This document shows positions 8,929 to 17,300 of a stretch of 64,000 nucleotides of DNA, piece by piece (position 1 is the stretch's first letter; every line of letters begins with the position of its first letter). The translations under genes were made by a program, and so were the position numbers. Source of the DNA: an uncultured Chloroflexia bacterium (GTDB lineage Bacteria > Chloroflexota > Anaerolineae > Promineifilales > UBA4811); the NCBI GenBank assembly GCA_963707345.1, contig CAVPPE010000003.1, positions 128,072 to 192,071 on the forward strand, in the 5' to 3' direction. The notes under the pieces are model-generated. The model made no database searches and was not told where the DNA came from. It saw only the letters and a program-made list of their open reading frames with translations.

Positions 8929-9747
8929 ATGCATTTTGACCTGTACGTGGCGCGTGCCAGTTGGCTCCACCGGCTGGACCCGCGCACCAAACTCTTGCTG
9001 ACGCTGGTGGCGGTGGCGATCTGCATGCTGTTTGGCGAGTTGTGGGTGCTGGCGGCCGTGCTGCTTCTGTCGCACCTGCTGCTGTTGGCGGCCGGAATTC
9101 CCTGGGATCGGCTACGCTGGTTGTGGGGCCGGATGCTCCCGTTGACCATCCTGATCTTGTTATTGCAGCCGTTTTTCTCTTCCGGCGAGGGCCAGGTGTT
9201 GTGGCAGATTGGCGCTGCCGGCCGGGCGCCCCTGTTGCGCTGGACGCTGGAGGGCGTGGCGACGGGGGCCGCGTTTGCGCTGCGGGTAAACGGGATGGCG
9301 TTTGCGGCCGCTGGATTGCTGTTCACCACCGAACCCACGCAGTTGGTCCGGGGGCTGGTCAAGTTGGGGCTGCCCTATGATTGGGGGCTGACGGTGAGTC
9401 TGGCTATCCGCTATTTACCCACTACCTATGGGTTGTATCAGTCCATCCACGAAGCGCAACTGGCCCGCGGCTGGGACCCGCAGCGCGGCGGCTTTATCCG
9501 GCGGGTGCGCAACTATTTGCCTATGCTGGTGGCGGTGATGATTGCAGCGCTGCGGATGGCCGACAATCTGGGGATGGCCCTGGCAGCCAGGGGGTTTGGT
9601 GCTAGTTATGGGGTGCCGGGCGCTTCGCCGGCCGTGCGTGGCCCGCGCACTGTATTGCATGATGTTGGTTTCTGCCTGGCCGACTGGGTGGCAACGGTTG
9701 TGCTGCTGGCGGCCCTGGTCGGGGCGCTAATCTTGCGGGTTAGCTAG
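8929..9747 (+). CDS. ecfT: Energy-coupling-factor transporter transmembrane (T) component, CbiQ/EcfT family
   Basis: The N-terminal SWLHRLDPRTKLL, multiple TM helices and ALAARGFG are EcfT hallmarks. The ATG at 8929 is in frame with track ORF 8830..9747. Confidence 0.75.
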   Translation: MHFDLYVARASWLHRLDPRTKLLLTLVAVAICMLFGELWVLAAVLLLSHLLLLAAGIPWDRLRWLWGRMLPLTILILLLQPFFSSGEGQVLWQIGAAGRAPLLRWTLEGVATGAAFALRVNGMAFAAAGLLFTTEPTQLVRGLVKLGLPYDWGLTVSLAIRYLPTTYGLYQSIHEAQLARGWDPQRGGFIRRVRNYLPMLVAVMIAALRMADNLGMALAARGFGASYGVPGASPAVRGPRTVLHDVGFCLADWVATVVLLAALVGALILRVS

Positions 9748-11671
9748 CCGGCCGGGTTGCCAGCAAGGTGACGGTGAAGCGGCTGCCTTTGCCCGGCTGG
9801 CTCTCAACCTCGATTCGGCCGCGGTGGGCGGTGACCACATCGCGGACAATACTCAAGCCAAGCCCGGAGCCCTCGGAGCTGTCGGCCGCGGAACCCCGGT
9901 AGTAGGGCCGGAAAATCTGATCCAGTTCGTCGGCGTTGATGCCGAGTCCAGTATCTTCCACTTCGATTTGGACGTTGGGTCCGTTGCGCCAGGCGCGCAG
10001 CGCGATGTGTCCGCCGGCCGGGGTGTACTTGCGGCCGTTTTCCACCAAGTTTCGCAGGGCGCGTTTGAGGGCGAAATAGTTTGCCTGTACCCAGAGATCT
10101 GGCTCGATTTCGACACTGAAGTGCAAGGCGTCTTTGTGCGCCAGGGCTACAGTTTCTTCCGCCAACTCCTCGACCATTTCGCTTATATCGACGCGGGTTG
10201 GCTCATTGGCCAGCAACGCTTCTTTCAGGTGGGAATAACTGAGGGTTTCTTCTACCAACTGCTCCACCTCGCCAGCCTGACGCACAATCCGCTGCAGAAT
10301 CGCTGCTCTCTCTTTAGAAGGCAAGCGCTCCTGCTGCAACAGGTTGTGCACCCATGCGGAAATGGCAGCCAGCGGGGTTCCGATTTCGTGCTTGGCGAGT
10401 TGCAACAGGTCACTCCGTCGCTGATCGAGGCTGCGCAGCAGCGTAACGTCTCTCAAGCTGGCAACCGTCCCCATCAAGGCGCCGTCCTGCTGAACGCGGG
10501 CGGCGTGCACCTCCAGGATTGTCGGGGTGTCGCTGGTTGGGTGCTCCAGCGTGAAGATAAAAGAGGCTCGGTCCTGGGTTTCCAGACAGAGTTGCATCAG
10601 CGTAACCAACCTGCGCTGTACCGTCAAATCCAAATCTCCCTTGGACGAAAACATGGCATGGTAGCGCGGGTTGGCCATGATGACCTGGCCGTCCGGGTCG
10701 ATGACGATGATGCCGTCGGCCGCGCTGTTGAGCACGGCTCGCAAGCGGCTGGTCTGCGCCTGTCGTTCCTCATACAACTGGGCGTTGCGCAGGTATAGCC
10801 CCACCTGGCTGCAAAGCGTGGTCAGCAGATCAACCAGATGGTCATCCAATACCTCGGGCTCAACAAAATTGACCACCGCCAGGCTGCCAATGGACACGTC
10901 TTCGCTGACGATGGGAATGCCCAGGACGCCGCTTTGCGGGAACTGGCGCGCGAATTCCGCCAGCATCGGTGGGAGTTTGGGCTCCTGGTAGGTGACCTCC
11001 AAGTTGGACGCCAGTTCGGATACTCGGAGAAGGACCGGCCGGGCGAGTTGCAACGCCTGTGCTCCCACACTCCAGCCTGGATGTGCTTCTAGTCCAAGCC
11101 ACTGGTCGTCATTGGGAAAGCCGCGGGCGTTCACCACGGTGAGGTGCGTGCTGCCGGGCATGGCCAGTGAGATGATGGCGGCGTTGAGCTGGGGGAAGCC
11201 AGCCAGGATATGGGCGAGGAACTGGTTCAAAAAGTCGTCCAGGCCAAGCCGCCGGCTAAGGTCGTGGCTGATGCGATCAATCAGTTGCCGGTCGCGCACC
11301 AGCTTGCGCCTTTCCAGCGCCTTGTGTATGGTCTGGGTCAAGTCGCTGATCTGGTGGATTGGCTTTTCTATGTAGCGATAGGCTCCCAGTTCGATCGCCT
11401 GAATGGCGGTGGAGAGGTCGCCATGGCCGGTGAGGAGCACCACGTCCATTTGTGGGTCAACCTGCTTGATCCTTGCCAGGAGTTCTACCCCACCCATGCC
11501 CGGCATTTTGATGTCACTCACCACCACGTCGGGCGGACTTGACTGAAACTGCTGCCAGCCACTCTCCCCATCGGCCGCTATCGTAACGCCAAAGCCGCTG
11601 TTGACGAACAATCGTTCCAGCATGTAGGCTACCGACTCGTCGTCTTCGACCACCAGGATGGTGGGTTTCAT
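9740..11671 (-). CDS. Hybrid sensor histidine kinase (N-terminal receiver, GAF, PAS, HisKA, HATPase_c)
   Basis: 643 aa. Domains seen: a REC domain (ILVVEDDESV...DVVVSDIKMPGMGG), an H-box (LAKHEIGTPLAAI), and N/G boxes (NLVENGRKYT, DTGLGI, GSGLGLSIV). Confidence 0.85.
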   Translation of the reverse strand: MKPTILVVEDDESVAYMLERLFVNSGFGVTIAADGESGWQQFQSSPPDVVVSDIKMPGMGGVELLARIKQVDPQMDVVLLTGHGDLSTAIQAIELGAYRYIEKPIHQISDLTQTIHKALERRKLVRDRQLIDRISHDLSRRLGLDDFLNQFLAHILAGFPQLNAAIISLAMPGSTHLTVVNARGFPNDDQWLGLEAHPGWSVGAQALQLARPVLLRVSELASNLEVTYQEPKLPPMLAEFARQFPQSGVLGIPIVSEDVSIGSLAVVNFVEPEVLDDHLVDLLTTLCSQVGLYLRNAQLYEERQAQTSRLRAVLNSAADGIIVIDPDGQVIMANPRYHAMFSSKGDLDLTVQRRLVTLMQLCLETQDRASFIFTLEHPTSDTPTILEVHAARVQQDGALMGTVASLRDVTLLRSLDQRRSDLLQLAKHEIGTPLAAISAWVHNLLQQERLPSKERAAILQRIVRQAGEVEQLVEETLSYSHLKEALLANEPTRVDISEMVEELAEETVALAHKDALHFSVEIEPDLWVQANYFALKRALRNLVENGRKYTPAGGHIALRAWRNGPNVQIEVEDTGLGINADELDQIFRPYYRGSAADSSEGSGLGLSIVRDVVTAHRGRIEVESQPGKGSRFTVTLLATRPAS

Positions 11672-13272
11672 CCCGTTTCCTCCATTGCCGGGAGCATGAT
11701 GGTAAAGATGCTGCCCCGGCCAGGTTCGCTTTCAAACGTGAGATGACCTTTGTGTTCTTGGATGATCCGGTAGCTGATGGATAGGCCCAGGCCGGTGCCC
11801 AGGCCATCGGGCTTGGTGGTGAAAAAGGGCGCAAAAACGTCGTTGTGATGCTCTGGTTGGATGCCTACTCCATTGTCTGCCACGCGCAGGTAGATGTGAC
11901 GGTCGTTGGCGTCAAACCAGGTGCGGATGGTGATCCGGCCAGGTGTGTCCTGTTCCTGAATTGCATCGCGGGCGTTGGTTAGCAAGTTGATGAGCACCTG
12001 CCCCAACTTGAAGGGGTCGCCGTGCGCGGCCGGTAGCTCTGGGGACAGCTCTAGCACCAGTTCAATCTGATGGACGGCAAGCTGCTGGTTGAGCAACGTG
12101 AGCGCGTCATCCACCACCAGGTTGAGGTTGACCGCACTCCGGCCGGAATGCGGCGGCCGGGCAAAACCGCGCAGGTTTTTGATGGTACGGACAATGCGGT
12201 CCGTGTTGGAGATAATCCGTTGGAGCGGCTCTTGCAGGTTGGCATCATCCGGCCGTTCACTGGCCAACAACTGAGCCAGGCCGCGCACGGCCGCCAGCGG
12301 GTTGTTGATCTCGTGTGCTACGGCCGTTGCCAGTTCGCCTACCGACGCAAGTTTGGTGGAGCGGATTAGCTGTTGCTGCGTTGCTTGCAGCTCCTCGTAT
12401 GCAAACTTGAGTTCGTCGGTGTAGGACTGCATGCGAACTTGCACCCCTTTCCGCTCGTCAATGTCCAGGATCAGTCCAACCACAAACGAATCACCGTCCC
12501 CGCTGCAGCACGCAAAGCGATTCTCCATCCACCGGTAGCTGCCATCCTTGTGCAACAGGCGGGCTTCCGTTTGCCAGATTCGCGTCTCGCCCCTCAGGTC
12601 AACCGTGTCAGGGTGACCGTCGCGATCCTCAGGGTGGACGAGCCGGTAAAGGAAACGACCTCCTTCGCTCAACCACTCATCTGACGTGTAGCCTAACAGG
12701 TCCAGGATCTGGGGTGAGACAAACGTCATGGTGCCGTTTGCGTCGGTCAGATAGGCGGGCCCGGGAAGGCTGTTGACCAGTGCGCGGTAGCGCGCCTCGG
12801 AATAGGCCAACTCTGCTTCGCGTGCCCGCGTCTTTTCGACCGTTTTGGCCAGCGCATCGCCCAGGGAATTGATCTCGTGGCAGACAAAGCAGTTGACTGT
12901 GGGGATTGATTGCCCGCTCCCCGCGATAATCTGCCCGGCCGCGTGTGTTAGTTGGGAAACAGAGCGGCTAATGTTGTTAGAGGTGCTCAGCACCACTACC
13001 AACAGCACCAGGTATGCTACCACAAAGGCCGGGATGACGGCGCGGCGGACGGTGTCTGTCACGGCCGCTGCCATCGCATCTTGTTGTGCCCCGCCTGCCT
13101 CCGGGCTGGCTTCAAACAAGGGTGCCAGGTGCTGCAACGCTTCGCGGACAGCAAACCTGGCAACACCTAAATAGGCAATACCAAAAACAGCCACGCTGAT
13201 CAGCGTAAAGATGATCAGTGCTTGGAGTGGAAGGCGCACTCTCAGCGGACGGCCAGGCGACGGATTGCTCAT
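11668..13272 (-). CDS. Membrane sensor histidine kinase (TM, PAS, HisKA, HATPase_c)
   Basis: 534 aa with two N-terminal TM segments, an H-box (AVAHEINNPLAAV), NLLTNARDA, DNGVGI and GTGLGLSIS. Its stop overlaps the start of the downstream kinase (ATGA). Confidence 0.85.
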   Translation of the reverse strand: MSNPSPGRPLRVRLPLQALIIFTLISVAVFGIAYLGVARFAVREALQHLAPLFEASPEAGGAQQDAMAAAVTDTVRRAVIPAFVVAYLVLLVVVLSTSNNISRSVSQLTHAAGQIIAGSGQSIPTVNCFVCHEINSLGDALAKTVEKTRAREAELAYSEARYRALVNSLPGPAYLTDANGTMTFVSPQILDLLGYTSDEWLSEGGRFLYRLVHPEDRDGHPDTVDLRGETRIWQTEARLLHKDGSYRWMENRFACCSGDGDSFVVGLILDIDERKGVQVRMQSYTDELKFAYEELQATQQQLIRSTKLASVGELATAVAHEINNPLAAVRGLAQLLASERPDDANLQEPLQRIISNTDRIVRTIKNLRGFARPPHSGRSAVNLNLVVDDALTLLNQQLAVHQIELVLELSPELPAAHGDPFKLGQVLINLLTNARDAIQEQDTPGRITIRTWFDANDRHIYLRVADNGVGIQPEHHNDVFAPFFTTKPDGLGTGLGLSISYRIIQEHKGHLTFESEPGRGSIFTIMLPAMEETG

Positions 13273-13276
13273 CGTG

Positions 13277-14458
13277 TTACAGGTGTGCCAGTGCGGCCGC
13301 TATCCTTTCCAGCGCCAGCGCAATCTGCTCGCTCGAATTGGAGTAGCACAGGCGCAGGTAACCTTCCCCGTACTGCCCAAACGCGGTGCCGGGCAACACC
13401 GCGACCCCGGCCGTGTTGAGCAAGTACGCGGCCATTTCATCCGACGACAGGCCGTAGCGCTTGATGTTAGGAAAGACGTAGAACGCACCTTGCGGCGTCT
13501 GACAGGTGACGCCGGGGATGGCGTTGAGCCCTGACACAATCAGGTCACGCCGGTGCTGGTACTCGACTCGCACCGCCTCCGCTTGCTCTTGCGGTCCGGT
13601 CAGCGCTTCCACCCCGGCGATTTGAGTGAAGGTGGCGGTGCAGCCCACTGAATGGGTGAGCAGCAACCCTACTTTTTCAGCCAATGGCTCCGGCATGATG
13701 CCAAATCCCAGCCGCCAGCCGGTCATGGCGTAGGTTTTGGAAAAACCGTCCATGATGATGGTCCGCTTCATTGCGGTGGGCAGCGCGGCAAAGCTGACGG
13801 CCGGCTCATCGCCGTAGACCAGCCGCATGTAAATCTCGTCAGACAGGACCCAGCAGTCCAGCCGCTCGGCCGCGCGCAGGATGTGCGCCAGGTCGGCCGG
13901 GGGGATGATGCCACCGGTAGGGTTGGAGGGGGAGTTGAGGATAATCAGTCGGGTCTTGGGGCTGAGGCTGGCGTCGAACGCTTCCAGGTCGAATGAAAAG
14001 CCCTTCTCCTCCAGTAGCGGCACCGGCACCGGGATGCCGCCGGCCAGTTGGATGATCGCTCGATAGCTGGGGAAACCGGGGTCGGGGTAGATGACCTCGT
14101 CGCCCGGTTCTACCAGCGCCATGACCGGAAAGTAGATGAGTGGTTTGGCGCCGGGCCCAATGACCACCTGTTGCGGCGAAAAGGTGACGCCACGCCGGGC
14201 TCCCGCATCTTGGGCAATGGCGGCGCGGAGGGTGGGAACCCCGGCCGGGGGGTTGTAGCGCGTCTGGCCGGTGGTGATGGCGCGGATGCCGGCCACGCTG
14301 ATGTTGGCGAAGGTTTGAAAATCCGGCTGGCCGATCTCCAGATGGATGATTTCGCGTCCCTGCGCTTCCAGCGCTTGTGCCTGGGCCAGCACGGCGTAAG
14401 CGCCTTCTTCGCGCAGGTGGGTGATGCGGCTGGTGAATTGGTCGAGTTTACGGGTCAC
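13277..14458 (-). CDS. Pyridoxal-phosphate-dependent aminotransferase (aspartate aminotransferase-like, class I)
   Basis: 393 aa with NSPSNPTGG and SKTYAMTGWRLG (PLP lysine) motifs. It lies 4 nt upstream of the kinase gene. Confidence 0.85.
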   Translation of the reverse strand: MTRKLDQFTSRITHLREEGAYAVLAQAQALEAQGREIIHLEIGQPDFQTFANISVAGIRAITTGQTRYNPPAGVPTLRAAIAQDAGARRGVTFSPQQVVIGPGAKPLIYFPVMALVEPGDEVIYPDPGFPSYRAIIQLAGGIPVPVPLLEEKGFSFDLEAFDASLSPKTRLIILNSPSNPTGGIIPPADLAHILRAAERLDCWVLSDEIYMRLVYGDEPAVSFAALPTAMKRTIIMDGFSKTYAMTGWRLGFGIMPEPLAEKVGLLLTHSVGCTATFTQIAGVEALTGPQEQAEAVRVEYQHRRDLIVSGLNAIPGVTCQTPQGAFYVFPNIKRYGLSSDEMAAYLLNTAGVAVLPGTAFGQYGEGYLRLCYSNSSEQIALALERIAAALAHL

Positions 14459-14468
14459 GGGGCCCTCA

Positions 14469-14702
14469 TCAGGCGATATTGATCGGTTGTTTGGTTGCCG
14501 GCCGGCGGTTGCCCGGCCGGTGGCAACACTGGCGCTTGAAAGCGCGGCTAAAGGCCTTGGCGGCCGCCCGTGCCTCCTTTCTGGAGGCGCAAGCGTGTTG
14601 CCAGAACGCTGGCGGGAGCAGGCTCTCCAGGCAGGCTCTGGCTTCGTCGCGGGCCGCCCTGGCGTGCTTTCTCGCCTGTTGAAAAGTTGCTTGTTCAGAC
14701 AT
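14469..14702 (-). CDS. Small basic hypothetical protein (77 aa)
   Basis: The ATG at 14702 is preceded by a strong RBS (minus strand: gtaaggagaccttATG). The protein is Ala/Arg/Lys-rich. I recognise no family. It ends 10 nt upstream of the aminotransferase start. Confidence 0.35.
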   Translation of the reverse strand: MSEQATFQQARKHARAARDEARACLESLLPPAFWQHACASRKEARAAAKAFSRAFKRQCCHRPGNRRPATKQPINIA

Positions 14703-14756
14703 AAGGTCTCCTTACTGAAAGTTTCGGGTAACTACAGGCAGTGTAAAGATTTATTG

Positions 14757-14794
14757 GGGGGAGTGGAGCGTGCGGAAGCACGCTCCACTCCCCC
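14757..14794. repeat. Perfect 17-bp inverted repeat with a GGAA loop (stem-loop/palindrome) in a divergent intergenic region
   Basis: gggggagtggagcgtgc (14757-14773), ggaa (14774-14777), gcacgctccactccccc (14778-14794). No U-tract follows on either strand. Confidence 0.8.
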
Positions 14795-14911
14795 ATCTCA
14801 CCCTGCCCAAGCTCTTGGATTGAGCAGTAACCAATTTTGGGCTGATTATACGGTGGATGAGTAAACCCTGCAATTTTGGGGTAGAATAGGTGCCTGTGTG
14901 ATCAGAGTGCG

Positions 14912-15283
14912 ATGGGAGCTTCGATGTATCAATATAAGGCGACGGTTGTGCGAGTGGTAGATGGCGATACCCTATGGGTGGATGTGGACTTGGGCTTTTA
15001 TTTGCGGCAGGTGATGAATCTGCGCCTGAAGGGATTGGACACGCCTGAGATTCGCGGGCTGGAACGGCCGCAGGGCTTGCAGGTCAAACAGTTTGTGGAG
15101 CAGACGCTGGCCGGTTGCCCGGCCGTGGTGATACACACGTACAAGCTGGGCAAGTACGGCCGCTACATTGCGGACCTCTGGTACCTGCCCGGCAACGACG
15201 ACCCGCAGGAGATTGTAGCCAACGGGTTGTGCCTCAACCAAGTTCTGCTGGACCGGGGGATGGCCCGGCCGTCAGAAGGGTAG
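14912..15283 (+). CDS. Staphylococcal-nuclease (thermonuclease/SNase) family protein
   Basis: The blocks VVRVVDGDTLWV...LRLKGLDTPE...GKYGRYIADL match the SNase OB-fold pattern. No signal peptide is apparent. An alternative ATG at 14924 has a GGGAG box upstream. Confidence 0.7.
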   Translation: MGASMYQYKATVVRVVDGDTLWVDVDLGFYLRQVMNLRLKGLDTPEIRGLERPQGLQVKQFVEQTLAGCPAVVIHTYKLGKYGRYIADLWYLPGNDDPQEIVANGLCLNQVLLDRGMARPSEG

Positions 15284-15301
15284 CGCGGTCGGAGGTGGGT
15301 T

Positions 15302-15613
15302 GTGCCCAACGAACAGCAGTTACTGGCCATTGGCATTGCGGCAGCTCTGGGCTTGGCGCTGGGATTGGTCGCCGCCTGGTTGCACCGTCGGCGGGTGATC
15401 GGCCGGCTGGGGTTTTTGCTGCTGGCCCCGCTGCTGGTGCTCGTACCCATCAGTTGGCCGCTCGCGGCCGCGTTGAGCTTTGGTGGCGGGATGGAGCAGG
15501 TGCGCTGTGCGTTCGCCGTGGTTGTCCCCCTGGCAGTGGCGGTGTGGTTGTTGGCCCGTTTGGCAGGCTGGGACGTGGTTGGCCCGGTCGAGGCGGCCGA
15601 AGAGGAGGAATGA
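15302..15613 (+). CDS. Small integral membrane protein with acidic tail (hypothetical)
   Basis: The GTG at 15302 is preceded by ggaggtg (15291-15297). There are three hydrophobic segments and a C-terminal EAAEEEE. Its stop overlaps the next ATG (ATGA). Confidence 0.45.
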   Translation: MPNEQQLLAIGIAAALGLALGLVAAWLHRRRVIGRLGFLLLAPLLVLVPISWPLAAALSFGGGMEQVRCAFAVVVPLAVAVWLLARLAGWDVVGPVEAAEEEE

Positions 15614-16065
15614 TGGGATACCTTTCGCAGGTCGAGTTGGAGGCGCGCCGGCGCTGGGCGGCCCAAAATATACTGGAAAGCGAGGCGCTGACGGCGGACT
15701 TGGCGGACGAGGACGCCGGCCGGTTGTTGGCCTGGGGCGTGGCGCAGGCGGAAAGGCTGGCTCTGTCCTCGGCCGAGATGGACCCGGCCGCCGCGCACGA
15801 AGCGATGGACGCCAGGCTGATCGCCCTGCGCCGGTTGATGCGCGGCCTCAACAAGATGGTGGCCGATCAGCGGCCGGTGGACCCCGCCAGGCTGCAAGAA
15901 CGGATGGGCCGGCTGCTGGAGACGGCGGCCGAGCTGGGGCTGGCTCCGGCCGGCGCAGGCCCAGGGGTGGATCTGCAAGCGTGGCGAAACCTCCCGGCCG
16001 GTGAGCGGCTGGGTCAACTGTTGGCGCTATTGGCCGGATGGGCGAATGAGCAAGCGGCCGGCTGA
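15610..16065 (+). CDS. Hypothetical helical protein (151 aa)
   Basis: The ATG at 15610 is preceded by gaggagga and is translationally coupled to the upstream ORF. The composition is Ala/Leu/Arg/Glu-rich and predicted helical. I recognise no family. Confidence 0.5.
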   Translation: MMGYLSQVELEARRRWAAQNILESEALTADLADEDAGRLLAWGVAQAERLALSSAEMDPAAAHEAMDARLIALRRLMRGLNKMVADQRPVDPARLQERMGRLLETAAELGLAPAGAGPGVDLQAWRNLPAGERLGQLLALLAGWANEQAAG

Positions 16066-17159
16066 CACCAAAAAGCTTTTCGCCGGTGGCCTGGCTTCCT
16101 TTGCCGTGCTGGTGGTGATCATCCTGGGCATAGTGCAGGCCATCACCGGCCAGGACTTTGGCCTGTTTGAGATGCTGGAGGAAAGTGGCCTGGCCGACGA
16201 ATTGATCAGCGCGGAAACGGGCTGGTACCGGCTCTATTTTACCGCGCCACAGGAACTGCTGGATTGGAAGGGCGGACTGGATGAAACACTGGCGGCCGAT
16301 ATTGACCGGGCGGCCGTTTCGGTGGATGTGGCCGCCTATGATTTTGACCTGCAGCGTGTCGCCGATGCGCTCATCCGCGCACACCGGCGGGGAGTGAAGG
16401 TCCGTATGGTCACCGATAGCGACAATGCAGACCTGGACCAGCCACAGGATCTGGAGAGCGCAGGCATTGTGGTGGTGGAAGACGAGCGTGGCGCCATCAT
16501 GCATAACAAGTTTGTGGTCATTGATGGGGGGGTGGTCTGGACCGGCTCGTGGAATTTGACCGACAATGGCACCTATCGCAATAACAACAATATGATTCGA
16601 ATCGTCTCGGAGGAGCTGGCTGCCAACTATTCCTATGAATTCGAGGAGATGTTTCTGGACAACCAGTTTGGCCCTGACTCCCCGGCCGATACCCCCTATC
16701 CCCGCATCACCATTGACGGGGTCGAAATTGAGAACTATTTTGCGCCGGAAGATGGCGTGATGTCACGGGTCATTGCGCTGGTCTCCCAGGCGGCGCAGGA
16801 ATGTTCGCTTTATGGCATTCTCCTTCACCGATGACGAGCTGGCGGCCGCCATGCTGGAACGACACGCGGCCGGGGTGCTGGTGGAGGGGGTCTTTGAGAC
16901 ACGGGGCGCGGATTCGGAATACAGCGAGTATGCCAAGCTGAAAAAAGCTGGCGTGTTGGTTTGGCAGGACGGCAACCCGGCCGTGATGCACCACAAGGTC
17001 ATTGTGATTGACAACAAGGTTGTCGTGATGGGCTCGTTCAACTTTTCCGGCAACGCAAACTCGAGCAATGATGAGAACCTGCTGGTGATTCACGACCGCG
17101 CCATAGCGGCCGAGTATCTGGACGAATTTGAGCGGATTGTCGAGCAGGCGCTCCCTTGA
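16046..17159 (+). pseudogene. Membrane-anchored phospholipase D-superfamily protein with two HKD motifs (frame-disrupted near 16799)
   Basis: An N-terminal anchor (LFAGGLASFAVLVVIILGIV) is followed by HKD 1 (HNKFVVIDGGVVWTGSWNLTDNG) in frame 2. HKD 2 (HHKVIVIDNKVVVMGSFNFSGNANSSNDEN) lies in frame 0. The reading VSQAAQ|NVRFMAFSFTDD is restored by removing one nt at about 16799. Confidence 0.75.
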
Positions 17160-17267
17160 CGGCCGTGAATGCTCGGGGGATAATTTAGATGGTTTTCGTT
17201 GTTAATCCGTAGGTATTTTGCCTGGGTGTCGTAAGAAACTTGTCCCCTGTCGCATCGGTTTTATTCA

Positions 17268-17275
17268 TGTACAAT
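17268..17275 (+). promoter_or_regulatory. Extended -10 promoter (TGTACAAT) upstream of the VanW gene
   Basis: tgtacaat at 17268-17275 is followed by RBS aggaga (17285-17290) and the ATG at 17301. Confidence 0.45.
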
Positions 17276-17300
17276 TGTGCAGACAGGAGAAACGCAGACC

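Noticed and set aside
15115-15609. The N-terminal 165 codons of track ORF 15115..16065, overlapping the SNase and small membrane protein genes
   Set aside because: This portion is Arg/Gly/Pro-rich nonsense in a frame overlapping two better-supported genes. A strong RBS plus ATG at 15610, coupled to the upstream stop, gives a sensible 151-aa product.
16790-16800. Programmed +1 ribosomal frameshifting as the explanation for the six frame changes
   Set aside because: None of the sites has a slippery heptamer, an in-frame stop or hungry codon at the shift point (as in prfB), or an upstream SD-like stimulator. The zero frames run on for tens of codons. Six unrelated genes all needing +1 shifts at homopolymers is better explained by insertion errors or true mutations.
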